A stretch of DNA of 63,075 nt, counting the filler, from Chiloscyllium plagiosum (Eukaryota): assembly GCF_004010195.1 (NCBI RefSeq). It is 4 parts of one record of this genome, joined end to end, with 100 filler letters (N's around TTAATTAATTAA, not from the genome) between each part and the next. Parts side by side here need not be neighbours in the genome. Positions count along the whole stretch, not along the records: positions 1 to 29,186 come from NC_057715.1; 3 more parts are not named here. One strand, given 5' to 3'. Both the position numbers and the translations under genes were made by a program. This document shows, in pieces, positions 1 to 11,210 of this stretch; the stretch's first letter is position 1; each line of letters opens with the position of its first letter. The notes beneath the pieces were generated by a model that ran no database searches, was not told where the DNA came from, and saw only the letters and a program-made list of their open reading frames with translations.

Positions 1-720
1 TGCTGTCTCTTGTATGTAGCTGTAAATGTAACTGTTTGTTGTAAACTGTTTTTGTAATTTGTTTAATAAAATAAAAAAAATAAAAGGGAGAAGTGTTAAA
101 AAAAAATATAACCAGGAGAACGCGGTGTCTACCAACACCCTGGAGTTGTTCAGGGAGACGTGGGCGCCGCAGGGAGTGGAGTGCATCATTTCTCCCTCCA
201 ACTCTATTTTGATTTAGTCCCTACCCTCCCCTTCACTGTTTTGATCACACAGCACTGCCCTTTGATGTGAAGGGCACTGCTTGTCACTGGCCACCCGGGT
301 GTTTTCCTATCTTCCTGGTGATGGAAATTGAATAAAGATTCGTGCACTTTGTGTCTTTCACTGTGTCTCACACCTGCACACACACACCATGGGTGCTGGG
401 GAAAAAAATAAGCACTACCGCACTTAGGCGGTAGTGTGGGAAAAAAAAGGGGGAGTGTTTAAAAAAAATATAACCAGGAGAATGCGGTGTCTACCAACAC
501 CCTGGAGTTGTTCAGGGAGACGTGGGCGCCGCAGGGAGTGGAGTGCATCATTTCTCCCTCCAACTCTATTTTGATTTAGTCCCTACCCTCCCCTTCACTG
601 TTTTGATCACACAGCACTGCCCTTTGATGTGAAGGGCACTGCTTGTCACTGGCCACCCGGGTGTTTTCCTATCTTCCTGGTCGTGGAAATTGAAAAAAAA
701 AGAGAAAAAAAGGGGGAGTG
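1..720 (+). mobile_element. L1/Tx1-clade 3' ends: a polyA-tailed end plus two tandem copies (~362 bp period) of a Tx1-like ORF2 C-terminus and 3' UTR
   Basis: Copies start near 111 and 473. Both encode ENAVSTNTLELFRETWAPQGVECIISPSNSILI*, resembling Tx1 ORF2 termini, and have A-rich junctions. Confidence 0.65.
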
Positions 721-2049
721 TCAGAATTACTGACATTCTGGCACCTGATTCTGAATGAGACAGTACTAAAGTCAAGGATCCTTTAGGTGTAAATAAAGCG
801 AGACTTGGTGACAAAAAAAATCAGCCTCTGTGGAGTTATTTCAAACTGAACACTTTTTTTTGCTGAGATTTACAAGACACAATTCAGCATCTATTGTCAG
901 AAAACCCCTAGCTTCCTAACTATCCATGACAAAGTCCTTGTTTAGGATTCAAATTTCATAGCAACATGATAACCTCTCCTTCCTTAAGTTATTATTGGTG
1001 TAGCAGCTTAGGACTTCCCCTAGATTCTGCAATGTCCAGTAATTACTGGCCTGACTGTCCAGGACTCCAATCTGCAGCACCTGATGAGTCAAGAAGTCTG
1101 CCATTGGCACGATCCAGGGAACTTTCTTGCTATACAGGGTTGGGGCGCATTGTCCTTAGAGATATTAAAAGAAAAATGGAATATTCTAGCCGTAAATCTT
1201 ATAGGGAGGATGGGATTGTGAAACACAGCTTCAAATATAATGCTTCTTGAGTTTGTTGTTAAACTCATTAAGCAGCTTTAGGGTGCAGTTTTGAGTTTTT
1301 GGTGCAGTTTGAGTTTTTGATTGCCAGGCATAGGGAGCATACAATGTCTGGATGTCAGGGTTAAGCTGTTGTGAACACAATGAGAAAGAAAGTCAGTAGA
1401 TGCATCCCATTGATAAGGAGGCAGCCAGAGGAGCACAAATAGCACCGGCAAGGAAAAACTGCCACTACCACAGTCAATGAGTATGCTCTCCTGGAGTCAG
1501 CTACCTCCAAACGGCAGCATGTGCTTTTAGTACGAAGCGAAGTCTAGCTAGATAGTAGGTCTTGGACATTTGTGCTGTGATCCACAATGATCTCTATCAA
1601 TGCCTCAAGAGATGAAATGAAAAATCGTGTTGTTACCGAAAGATGCTACCAGTACCAGCAATGGTCTGATCAGCACTTTGTCACATGTTCTCAGTGCATG
1701 ATAGCCGCTTGTCTTATCAAAAGGCCTCATTCTCCATATCCCACTGTGGGAAAAGATCTGCCACCCTGCCTACCCATACACTGCCAATCTGTTGGAACTG
1801 CTACAGAATCTATAGATTTTTAAATGACGACATTCAATGCATCCATTTTTTTTCTAGGGCCACTTTTTTTGGTACAGTGGGATATAGATGATTAGGCCTA
1901 GGAGATCTGTCATTAATTTCTCCAATATCATTTTTTTTCTTCAATTCCTCCCTCTCACTTGACCCTCTGTTCACGAACATTTCTGGGAATTTGTTTGTGT
2001 CCCCTTTAGTGGAAATGGAACCAGAGTATGTCTTCAATGCTTGTGTGAT

Positions 2050-3300
2050 TTCTTTGCTTCTCATTATTTAGTCCTGCTGAGTGAACTGGCAAGATGTGAA
2101 GGTCAAAGTTAACCATTTGCCTAGGGCATTGGACAGGACTGCTCGGAATGCTGTCCTATAGAGGACGACTGCTGGTCATTAATGAACAATAATGGTGGCT
2201 GCCACATTGCGAGACTGATTTGTCCCCTTGATCTCTCACCCAGAGTTTGTTCAAAGATGTAGTGGATGCTCACAAATTTCTCAAACAAGATGCTGAACTG
2301 CATTTTAAGGTTTTGAGTCTACCACTTAAGGAGAGTGGTCATGTGGTGAGCCTTCACATCCAAGCAGCTTTCTACATTTAGATGCTGTCTTTATGTCAAG
2401 CCATCTCCAAGATGATGAGGTTTCTCTTCCATCAGTTGCGTGGCCTCATATAACACGCAGTTCCTGTTTATTGATTGATCTGGTCTTTGTAATTCTTTAC
2501 AGAAGTTGACAGTCTTTAATCAGAATCTCATCCAATTTGAGACATGGTTACCTCGTGTCCAAGTTCTTTCCAGTCAGGAGCAGACGACTCGTTAGAAATC
2601 CACAACTCTGGTCACCTCAGCTATGGTGGCAATGAAGGAGAGGGCACAGACTGCTGGACTGAAAAGTCTCCACTGGATGGTTGGCTGGAGGAGTGGGATG
2701 AATGACACTAATAGTCACTAATCTGGCATGTTCTTAATGTCCAGTTCATGGCCAAAGCCATCCGTTGCCTTAAAGCAGTGGTACTTAGCTTTGAGAGAAC
2801 GTTAGTGATGAGGTAGCTCAAATACATGTTGGGCTTTTATCAGAATGGACAATCAATGCATCCATTTTTTGATTGACCTTGAACCCTGTAAGCTTCCTCA
2901 CAAAATGGGAAGGTCTTTGGCTCATAATGTCCTCTGGTTAGTTTGGAGGAGTTTGCTAAATGGGTTGCTGCTGCACAGCTTAATTTCCTCACTGTCACAT
3001 GCCATCTGTACATATTCAGGTTAGACATCTTGCTGTCCAGTGGTTGAAGAGACCCTAGTGGAAGGGTATCTATGTGGAAATGCCTCCAAATTCCATCAGG
3101 GATCAAGGGTAGAATGGATTGCACAAAGCTGTCCACATTGTAAATGAGATGCTTTGAGAAGCTTGTTGATAGTTCCTCTTTTGTATTTTTACATGGAATA
3201 TTGTTGAATTTTTAGTGGCAGTTCTGTCCCATACACTGATTGTTGGGTACTTGGTGCATGGGGAAGTGGGCAGATTAAATTAGAGAACCTCCTTAAGAAT
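2050..3300 (-). mobile_element. Highly decayed L1/Tx1-like ORF2 remnant
   Basis: ORF 2121-2303 ends ...INDQQSSSIGQHSEQSCPMP, echoing the RT motif ING...GVRQGCPLSP. Boundaries are approximate. Confidence 0.35.
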
Positions 3301-3385
3301 CAGCTTCTAGTCAAGCTATCCATAAACAGTTCTAGGCAATTGGCTGTAGTTGTTATTGCAATTACCTTCCTGTTTGCTAATAGTA

Positions 3386-3640
3386 GGAGAAAGTGAGGAC
3401 TGCAGATGCTGGAGATCAGAGCTGAAAAATGTGTTGCTGGAAAAGCACAGCAGGTTAGGCAGCCCCCAAGGAGCAAGAGAATCGACGTTTCGGGCATAAG
3501 CCCTTCTTCAGGAATGAGGAAGGTGTGCCAAGCAGGCTAAGATAAAAGGTGGAGAGAAGGGACTTGGGGGAGGGGTGTTGGGAATGCGATAGGTGGAAGG
3601 AGGTTAAGGTGAAGTGATAGGCCGGAGAGGGGGTGGAGGT
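3386..3640 (-). mobile_element. Penelope-like element terminal fragment
   Basis: Shares sequence with 29287-29460, 37396-37528, 55837-55930 and the end of the GIY-YIG-like fragment at 56150-56645. Confidence 0.7.
3481..3514 (-). ncRNA. Minimal hammerhead ribozyme motif (family A)
   Basis: Minus strand: ttc CTGAAGA a GGGC ttat GCCC GAAA cg TC gat, matching the CUGANGA / stem II / GAAA / UH core. Confidence 0.7.
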
Positions 3641-4542
3641 AATAGTTATTACTGTGCCAGGAGAGGGAGCATGTTGTGAACTCAAACCTTCCACAAGTGG
3701 GGCAAGGATCACATCCCAAAAACTTGTTTTAATTTGATCCAAGTCTCCGTTATTATATTGATTTTCATATCCTGTTTCTGATCAACTATCTGCCCTAATT
3801 TAGTTTTATTTGTTTGTTTTAAAATCATAGACAAAGGAGGACTGGTGGCAGCAAACTACCCAAACCTGAGTATCATATCCTTTCACTAGCTTTTACAGCT
3901 AATGACTCATACTTACTGGTGATAGCAAATTCTCATTTTTGGGAGAGAATGACTTTAAAAAAACCTGTTGCCTTCCTTTTCTGTCATTTGTGATGAGATT
4001 AAAAGAAAAAGAGTCTCCACACAAATTTGGTGCCATCCATACACTCTCTACAGAGCCTCCTTTGCTAAGGTGCCTTTCCTTTTACTTTGTGAGACTGGGT
4101 TTTTTAGGTTATTTGTTTATTTATTCAGTCTTGGGATATTGGTGTTGCTAGCTGGCCAGCATTTATGCCAACACAATCTCCTATTTGGCTTAACTCACCG
4201 TCATTACTGTGGGACACTGAGGCATCACCACCCCAGACAATATTCAACCATGACAGGGGAATACCATGTTTTTTTAAAAAAGTTCCAGATCATTTCCAGA
4301 AGACGTGCAGAATGAAGACCGTTTTAGGAAAGTAGAAATATACTAGTGGGAACATATAAATCTACACAGTTGATTACCCACCATCGTTAGAAAATAATCC
4401 ATGCATTTGATGATATACATATGATATCTGAGACTTTACTGGAAGAATTTTTTTTAAAAAAGATAGCGATTAAATCAACCTGATATAGGAACAACTATCC
4501 AATCAGACTTGATACCTCAGCTGGAGAAACTAAGTTTATACC

Positions 4543-4773
4543 TCATCCCTCCAAACCCTTCCTATTCATATATCCATCCAGATGCCTTTTAAATGTTGCA
4601 ATTGTACCAGCCTCCACCACATCCTCTGGCAGCTCATTCCATACACGTACCACCCTCTGCGTGAAAACGTTGCCCCTTAGGTCTCTCTTATATCTTTCCC
4701 CTCTCAGCCTAAACCTCTGCCCTCTAGTTCTGGACTCCACGACCCCAGGGAAAAGACTTTGCCTATTTACCCT
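4543..4773 (-). mobile_element. CR1 LINE ORF2 3' fragment
   Basis: Encodes SRTRGQRFRLRGERYKRDLRGNVFTQRVVRVWNELP...FKRHLD, the CR1 C-terminus. Confidence 0.9.
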
Positions 4774-6539
4774 ACATCTCTGACTCTATGACTAATTATA
4801 TGGCCCGTGTGGACTAAATATTTTGATTAAAGTTATGCCACAAGTATGACTGCAATTCAAAAAGGATATGAAAGTTCAGTGTTACATGTGACAATGATCA
4901 TTCCTCTTTTTTGAGCTAACAAGCATTTCTTAACCTCAACATCCTACAATAGCAGAAAGAGTTCAATTAGAGTCAAGAGAACAAACCATTATAAAAGATT
5001 GGACCTCTTGGACTTATGGTGGATTCCATACAGAAGATGTTTAGTGAGATTACTTATGTGGCGTAAGAGATTCTATCCTGTCAACAAAGTACAGACTTTG
5101 CATGACTGATGGAAATGTTCATTTCTCTGATTTCTAAAACAGAACAGTCAATCCAAAAGACAAAGGTGGAGCTGAGTAAGCAGCAATCATTCAATACCAC
5201 TGATTAAGGATGATCAGCTCTGATCATATTGAATGGTGGTGCAGACTCGAAGGGCAGAATAGCCTACTCCTCCACCTATTGTCTATTGTCTAATAGTATG
5301 ACTGAGGATTTGAAAAGAAGCTTACTTCACCAGTCAACCAACTACAAAGAGTGATTGAAGATGCCTAATCTGATAAACAAATAGAGGGAGATTATCATGA
5401 ATCTGTACTTGTGGTTTCAGTCAAAAGCAAAAAATTGCCTGGTATAAGCATCAAGGATACTTCAAAAACAGAGTGTCCATTCCGAAGACAAATATTGACA
5501 GTTTTCAAAATTCAGGTTTCTGAAAGATGGAAAATTGCTTTTTTGAAGCAAAAGTCATCTTCAATGATGGACAATCATATGGTTAAAAATCCACAACTGA
5601 TGCTATGGGGAAATTACCCAAATTGGTCAGAAAGAGAGAGTTTCTCTGTGAAGTGTAATCAGGAAATTAAATTGCTTCCACATGACAATGGTTAAATGAC
5701 AAGTTCTACATAGAATATCATCCTTGATGAAGGATATCCAAAGATACTCAAGTGGAGAAACAATCCACAGATCAGAGTAAAGGCTAACTGTCCTCAAGCA
5801 GGAGGCCTACCATTCTAGAAAGTACACTCTCTTGGAAAATTGTGAAACATTCAGATCACTTGCATTTGTGTAATCAAGGACCTGGGAAGAGAAGTGAAAC
5901 TGGTAATTGGAATATTATTGTATAAATGAATACGCAATGACTGAAAATTGGGAATAAAAGCTTGGGAGATGTGTTATACAAGGTAATGGTTCTGCAAATG
6001 TTAATGTTCACATTACTTTGAGCTCCACCCAATCCAGTGAGTGGAGACAGTTCATTTCTGCACGAGTACTCAAAGGGAGCAGATGTATTCAGTTCAACTC
6101 CTGAGGGTCCTCAGTAATTATGCATTGGGGTTAATGCAAATTATTCATACTGCCATCATGTCTTGCACAACAAGGTAGCCAACTGCAAGTTCATCTTCTG
6201 TTGGGATTCACCAGGAGTCTTTCCTTTACAACTGGTAATTAGATGCTCTATACTTGGCAGAAGGTGGAATGGTCAGTGATCCACCTAAGCCAGAATGCTG
6301 CATGACAACTGTGGCATCTGAAAGTACATACTTAAGCAAATGTATGAGCTTATTAACAAATAGTTTTAAAGTGTGCAAGTACTTCCCATTATCCTTCTTG
6401 AAAACTATGATAAAGCTTACAAGCACCTCCAAGGCCCGAGATGGTAAAGAGTGACATTATAGCATGAGAAAGGATTTAGCTGCAGAAGATTATGAAATAT
6501 CAGCAGTTGGGATCTAACATATGAGGAGCAAGAATGAAA

Positions 6540-8975
6540 ATCACTGAGGGTAACTTTTCAGCCCTTTAATAGTATTGACGAAAGTTGGACAAGGAATTAA
6601 GTAATAAGTGTTTGGAACTTGCAACGAAAGCAATGTGTGTAGGAAGTTTAATTTTTTGTATAGGTTCAGAGAACCAAATTGCCAAGGGTTCTGTAGATGA
6701 AGAATTTATGGAATGTTTTCTTGACAGTTTCTTGGGCCAATACATTGTGAAGCTGAGTAGGGTTAAATTGATCTTGGATCTAATATTGTCTTAATTTACT
6801 TTTATCTCAAATGAAAGTAAAAAGCTCCTCTGGAAAAACAATCATAATATCATTAAGATTGAAAGCAACTTAATCCAAAGGAAAACACTAATCTTAAAGC
6901 CAATTACATGGATGTGAGAGGACATCCAAGATTAATGGGGCAAATAGACTAACTATTTTGGCTATAAATAAAATGAAAACACATTCAATTGCAACATAAA
7001 AAAATTGCCAAGACAGACCCAACTGTGGTTCACTCAAATGTAGGCATAATGATGACTAAAAGATGCTTGCTCTACTGCAGAAACAAGTCTAAGGATTGCA
7101 TGTATTATATATACCTTAGAGTCAGAGTCATACAGCAGGGAAACAGACCCTTCAGTCCAACCAGTTCATGCCCAATTTAATAGAAAGGGAAGCAATAGAA
7201 TGAGGGTAAACTAGCCAAAAATATATTTTAAAAATTGTAAGAGCTTTTCTAAATAAAAGTGAGTCACTAAATTAAACTTCCTTCTCTTTGTATCAGACAC
7301 AGAAGAAATCATGGGGAATGAGGATATTGCAGAGGTATTGAACAAACACTTAGCATCTGTTGTTTCATTCCAGACATAAACTTAGTCCTTGGATGCAATC
7401 AAGTAAGGAAAATAAGGCAAGTACAGAAATTCATAAAGAGCGAAATTACTGGAAAAACCCAAGAATAAAAATAACCCACAAATCTCCAGGATTTGCTGGC
7501 CTACCCATATTGATCTTAAGGAGATAGCTGTAGAGATAATGGACGCACTAGGTGTGTTTTACAAAAAGTAGTTAGATTCATAACTGATTGGAAGTTGGCA
7601 TGTGTTACACCATATATCAAAAAGGAAGGAGCAAAAGCATAACTACAGGCCAATTAATCTAACATCAACATTAGGAAATGCTGCAGTTCATTATTTAGTT
7701 AAAATCACAACACCAGATTATAGTCCAACAGGTTTATTTGGAAGTACTAGCTTTCGGAGCACTGCTCCTTCATCAGTTAACTGTGCAGAAGGATCAGAAG
7801 ACACAGAGCAAGTGTATGAGAGAAGTTCTGTGGAAGTGTCTGAGTATGTAAGAGTGTGCATGTATGTGTATGTGTGTCGTGTAGTGGGGTCACCTATAGT
7901 GTGACATGAACCCAAGGTCCTGGTTGAGGCCTTCCCATGGGTACTGTTAAATAGGCATATTATGCGCAGAAGTACATAGGGTTCAGTGCTAGGCCTCAGT
8001 TATTTGCAATTTATATTAATGATTAAGATGGATGGACTGAGAGTAATGTATCTAAGTTTGCTTACATGATACAAAGCTAAGTGTAAAAACAAGTTCTGAT
8101 GAGCACACAATGAGGCTAAAAAGAAAGACTTAAAGTGGGTTGGCAACGATATATGGGATTATAATGTAAGGAGAAGCGAAGCTATTCACTTTGATCATAA
8201 GAATAGAAGATCAGACTACTCCTGAACTCAAGTGTTGATGTTCAAAGAGATGCAACTGTAGGTCAGGCAAGGTACACAAAGTTAGCATGCAGGTACAGCA
8301 AGCAATTAGGAAGACAAATGGAATTTTGATCTTTATTGTACGAGAGAAGGAGTATTGAAATAAAAGAGTTTCATTACAATTATGCAGGGTTTTGGTATGA
8401 GCTCACCTGGAATACTGTGCTCAGTTTCTTGCTGGCTCAGGAACAATGACAGAATAGCATTGTTGTTCCCATTCAGAACAGAGACACTTGGAAGGGGACT
8501 TTTAGATGGTGATGCTCCCAACAACACTCATTCCATGAACTCAAAAAGAAAAGATGAGGTGGGCAAATTTGGTCTACATCTTTTGGAATTCAGAAAAGTG
8601 AGCTTTGAACTTATTGAAACTTAAATTCTGAAGAGACTTTATAGGGTAGATGTTGAAACATACAGGGGGCATTGTTGCCATTGGTCAAAGAAACCAAAAT
8701 AAAAGGGGCACAGAGTCAAGATAGATGACCAGAGAATTGAGATAATGAGACATTTCTTCACCCAAAGGTTGTGAATTTTTGGAATTCTCTGCCCCACGGG
8801 TTGTGGAATCTCCATCATTTAATACAGTTAAGGCTGGCAGACAGATCTTCGTAGGTAACTGATGATATGGAGAATGGACGGGAAAATACAGTTGAAGCAT
8901 CAATTATCATATTGAATGGGGAAAGCAGCCTAAATTGGCCATGTGGTCTACTTCAGCTTGTAGTCCTTACATTGT
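6540..8975 (+). mobile_element. Old degraded CR1 LINE (endonuclease to 3' end), interrupted by SINE-tail and PLE fragments
   Basis: Fragments FMECFLDSFLGQY..LDLIL and NYRPINLTS, plus a CR1-type 3' region (ttcttcacccaaagg..tggaattct). Confidence 0.7.
7698..7945 (-). mobile_element. Penelope-like fragment (family B) with hammerhead motif at 7745-7779
   Basis: Minus strand: CTGATGA a GGAGC agt GCTCC GAAA gc TA gt. Homologous to 30941-31790. Confidence 0.7.
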
Positions 8976-9622
8976 AAGCCTAGCATGCAGGGAGAATGCA
9001 TAGTGTTACCTTTGGATCACTTTGTCTTTCAAACTTTTACAATTAAAAAGTCAATGTTATTCACAATTTGTCCAATGCTGGTCTGCAAACAAAGTAGCAT
9101 TCCACAGTAACTGTTGGCAGTGGGGTTTCTTCCTGGATCAAACTATGAACAGGCATGAGGATCAGGTGTAATCCATTTGGTACCTTAAACCCACTCTGCC
9201 ATCCAATAAAATCATGGCTAATCTGTTTGGAATCTCAATTTCTCATTCCTGTTTAACCCAGTTAACCTTTCAACCATTTTTGAAACCAAGAATTGATTCA
9301 ACTGTCTTAAATATTCAAAAGCTACTTGGTTCATATTTTGAAAAAGTGTTCCAAAGTCTCATGACTTTGGAAAATAACATGTCATCTAATTTAAATGGGT
9401 GACTACTAGTTTTCAAATTGTAACTCCTAATTCTAGATTCTCTCAAGAGGAAATATCATTTTTATCACGTCCTGGTCAAGTTTGTTAGGATTTTGTACGC
9501 TTCAATCAAGTTGCCTTTTACTCTTCTATACTCTAGTGGGTCCAACCTTTTCTTTTAGACAACTCACCCAATCCAGCTAAGGGATCAAATATGCCTTCTC
9601 TAAACTGCTTCCAATGCATCTG

Positions 9623-10401
9623 TAGGGGAACCTCGATTATCCGAATACTAATTACCCGAAAATCGTATTATCCGAAGGACATCTTGAGGTCGTGACAGAA
9701 ACATCACATACATCAAAGACATGTGTTCAACAATGATCGCGTCTTTTGTTTAGAGTGATTAAAAGTGCTGCCGAGAAAGTCCTGGACTGATGGGAGCACA
9801 GGCACCGTCTCTAAATGACTGACCTCCCCCGCCCCCCCCTTCCCACACTTTCCCTGGAGTTCTACACAGGCTTGTACCCTAAACCTCTCTCCCCCCCACA
9901 TCCCCAGATAATCTCTCTAACATTGTCCTGTACAGGGCAAAGGTGGAACCTGTCAAAACGTTACAGTAAAATGTTGTGCGCGCGCTGTTTGGAGATTCAC
10001 ACCCCAAAAGGCATTAGCAGCAGTCTTGTTGTTGGTGTCCAGTCTGGCTGCCCCGGAGAGGGGGCGGGGCAGGGAGCGGGAGAGGGTGGAGTTGGATGGG
10101 GTAGCAGATGGGAGTTTGGACGGGTGGCAGTGTTGGGGGTGGGCAGACAGGGGGCAGTGTAAGACAGGGTTTAGAGGTGGGTGGGGGGGGGTGTGGCCAG
10201 GGAGCAGTGTTGGACAGGATTGGGGTCGGGACGGGGACAGGGGCTCACGCACGCTGTACTGCTTTATCTCCTGAAGGGGGAGCAGACTTAATAGAAAACT
10301 CCAAGCCCTAGAGGAAAGGCACTGAATCGATTAACCGAATAATCAATTATCGGAACGAAATAGTGCCCACACATCTCGTTCGGATAATCAAGGTTCCCCT
10401 G
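9623..10401. mobile_element. Non-autonomous Tc1/mariner (Tigger/pogo-like) MITE
   Basis: TIRs aggggaacctcgattatccgaa / ttcggataatcaaggttcccctg followed by TA. Internal sequence is homologous to 22874-23462. Confidence 0.8.
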
Positions 10402-11111
10402 TACATCTATCCTCAAAATAGAGGATGTAATACACAAAGTACCCAAGACCTAAAAGCTTACCCCATGTATAGGCGGAGCGCACACTGAGCAGGAGCAGGC
10501 ACGGGACTACTAGGTAAGCGAGGCTTTATAATTGTGTGGTTACTTTACCCACAACACTACTCGGGTAGTGTCACCCACCTGTCATCCTCTCGCCAAAAAA
10601 TGAAGGTTCTGTGGGCCAATTGGTAAGGCAACTTTTTTTTTTACATTTTTCAGTAGTGTCATTGGGAATTTAGAATAGTGGGAATGGAGTTTAGGGCAGT
10701 TGAATGTTCCTCCTGCAGAATGTGGAGGAAGTGTCCCTGCTGACTGCATCTGTGGGAAGTATACCCAACTCCAGCTTCTCAAAAACTGTGTTAGGGAACT
10801 GCAGCTGGAGCTGGATGAACTTCGGATCATTTGGGAGGCAGAAGGGGGTTATTGAGAGGAGTTACAGGGAGGTAGTCACACCTCAGGTAAAAGAAGAAGG
10901 TAGATGAGTTACCGTCAGAGGATGGAAAAGGAATTGGCAGACAGTGCAGAGATCTCCTGAGCTTGTTCCCCTCAACAACAAGTATACTGCCTTGGATACT
11001 GTTGGGGGGACAACTTACCAGGGTAAACCATGGGGTACAGGTATCTGGCACAGAGTCTGTCCCGGTTACTCAGAAGCAAAGAGGGAAGAGGAACAGAACA
11101 TAATTCATTGG

Positions 11112-11210
11112 TCCGGACAATCACCTGATGAAGGAGCGTCGCTCCGAAAGCTAGTGTGCTTCCAATTAAATCTGTTGGACTATAACCTGGTGTTGTGTGA
11201 TTTTTAACTT
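11112..11210 (+). mobile_element. 99-bp PLE-derived mini-insert with 13-bp TSD
   Basis: cataattcattgg at 11099-11111 and 11211-11223 flanks the insert. Confidence 0.85.
11122..11156 (+). ncRNA. Minimal hammerhead ribozyme motif (family B), intact core
   Basis: CAC CTGATGA a GGAGC gtc GCTCC GAAA GC TA GTG: stem I CAC/GTG, 5-bp stem II, palindromic AGCT stem III, CUA cleavage triplet. Confidence 0.78.

Noticed and set aside
10500..10655. Splice-like signals (GGTAAG, polypyrimidine-CAG) as a host exon
   Set aside because: They lie in the CR1 5' region, antisense to tyr, with no coding support.
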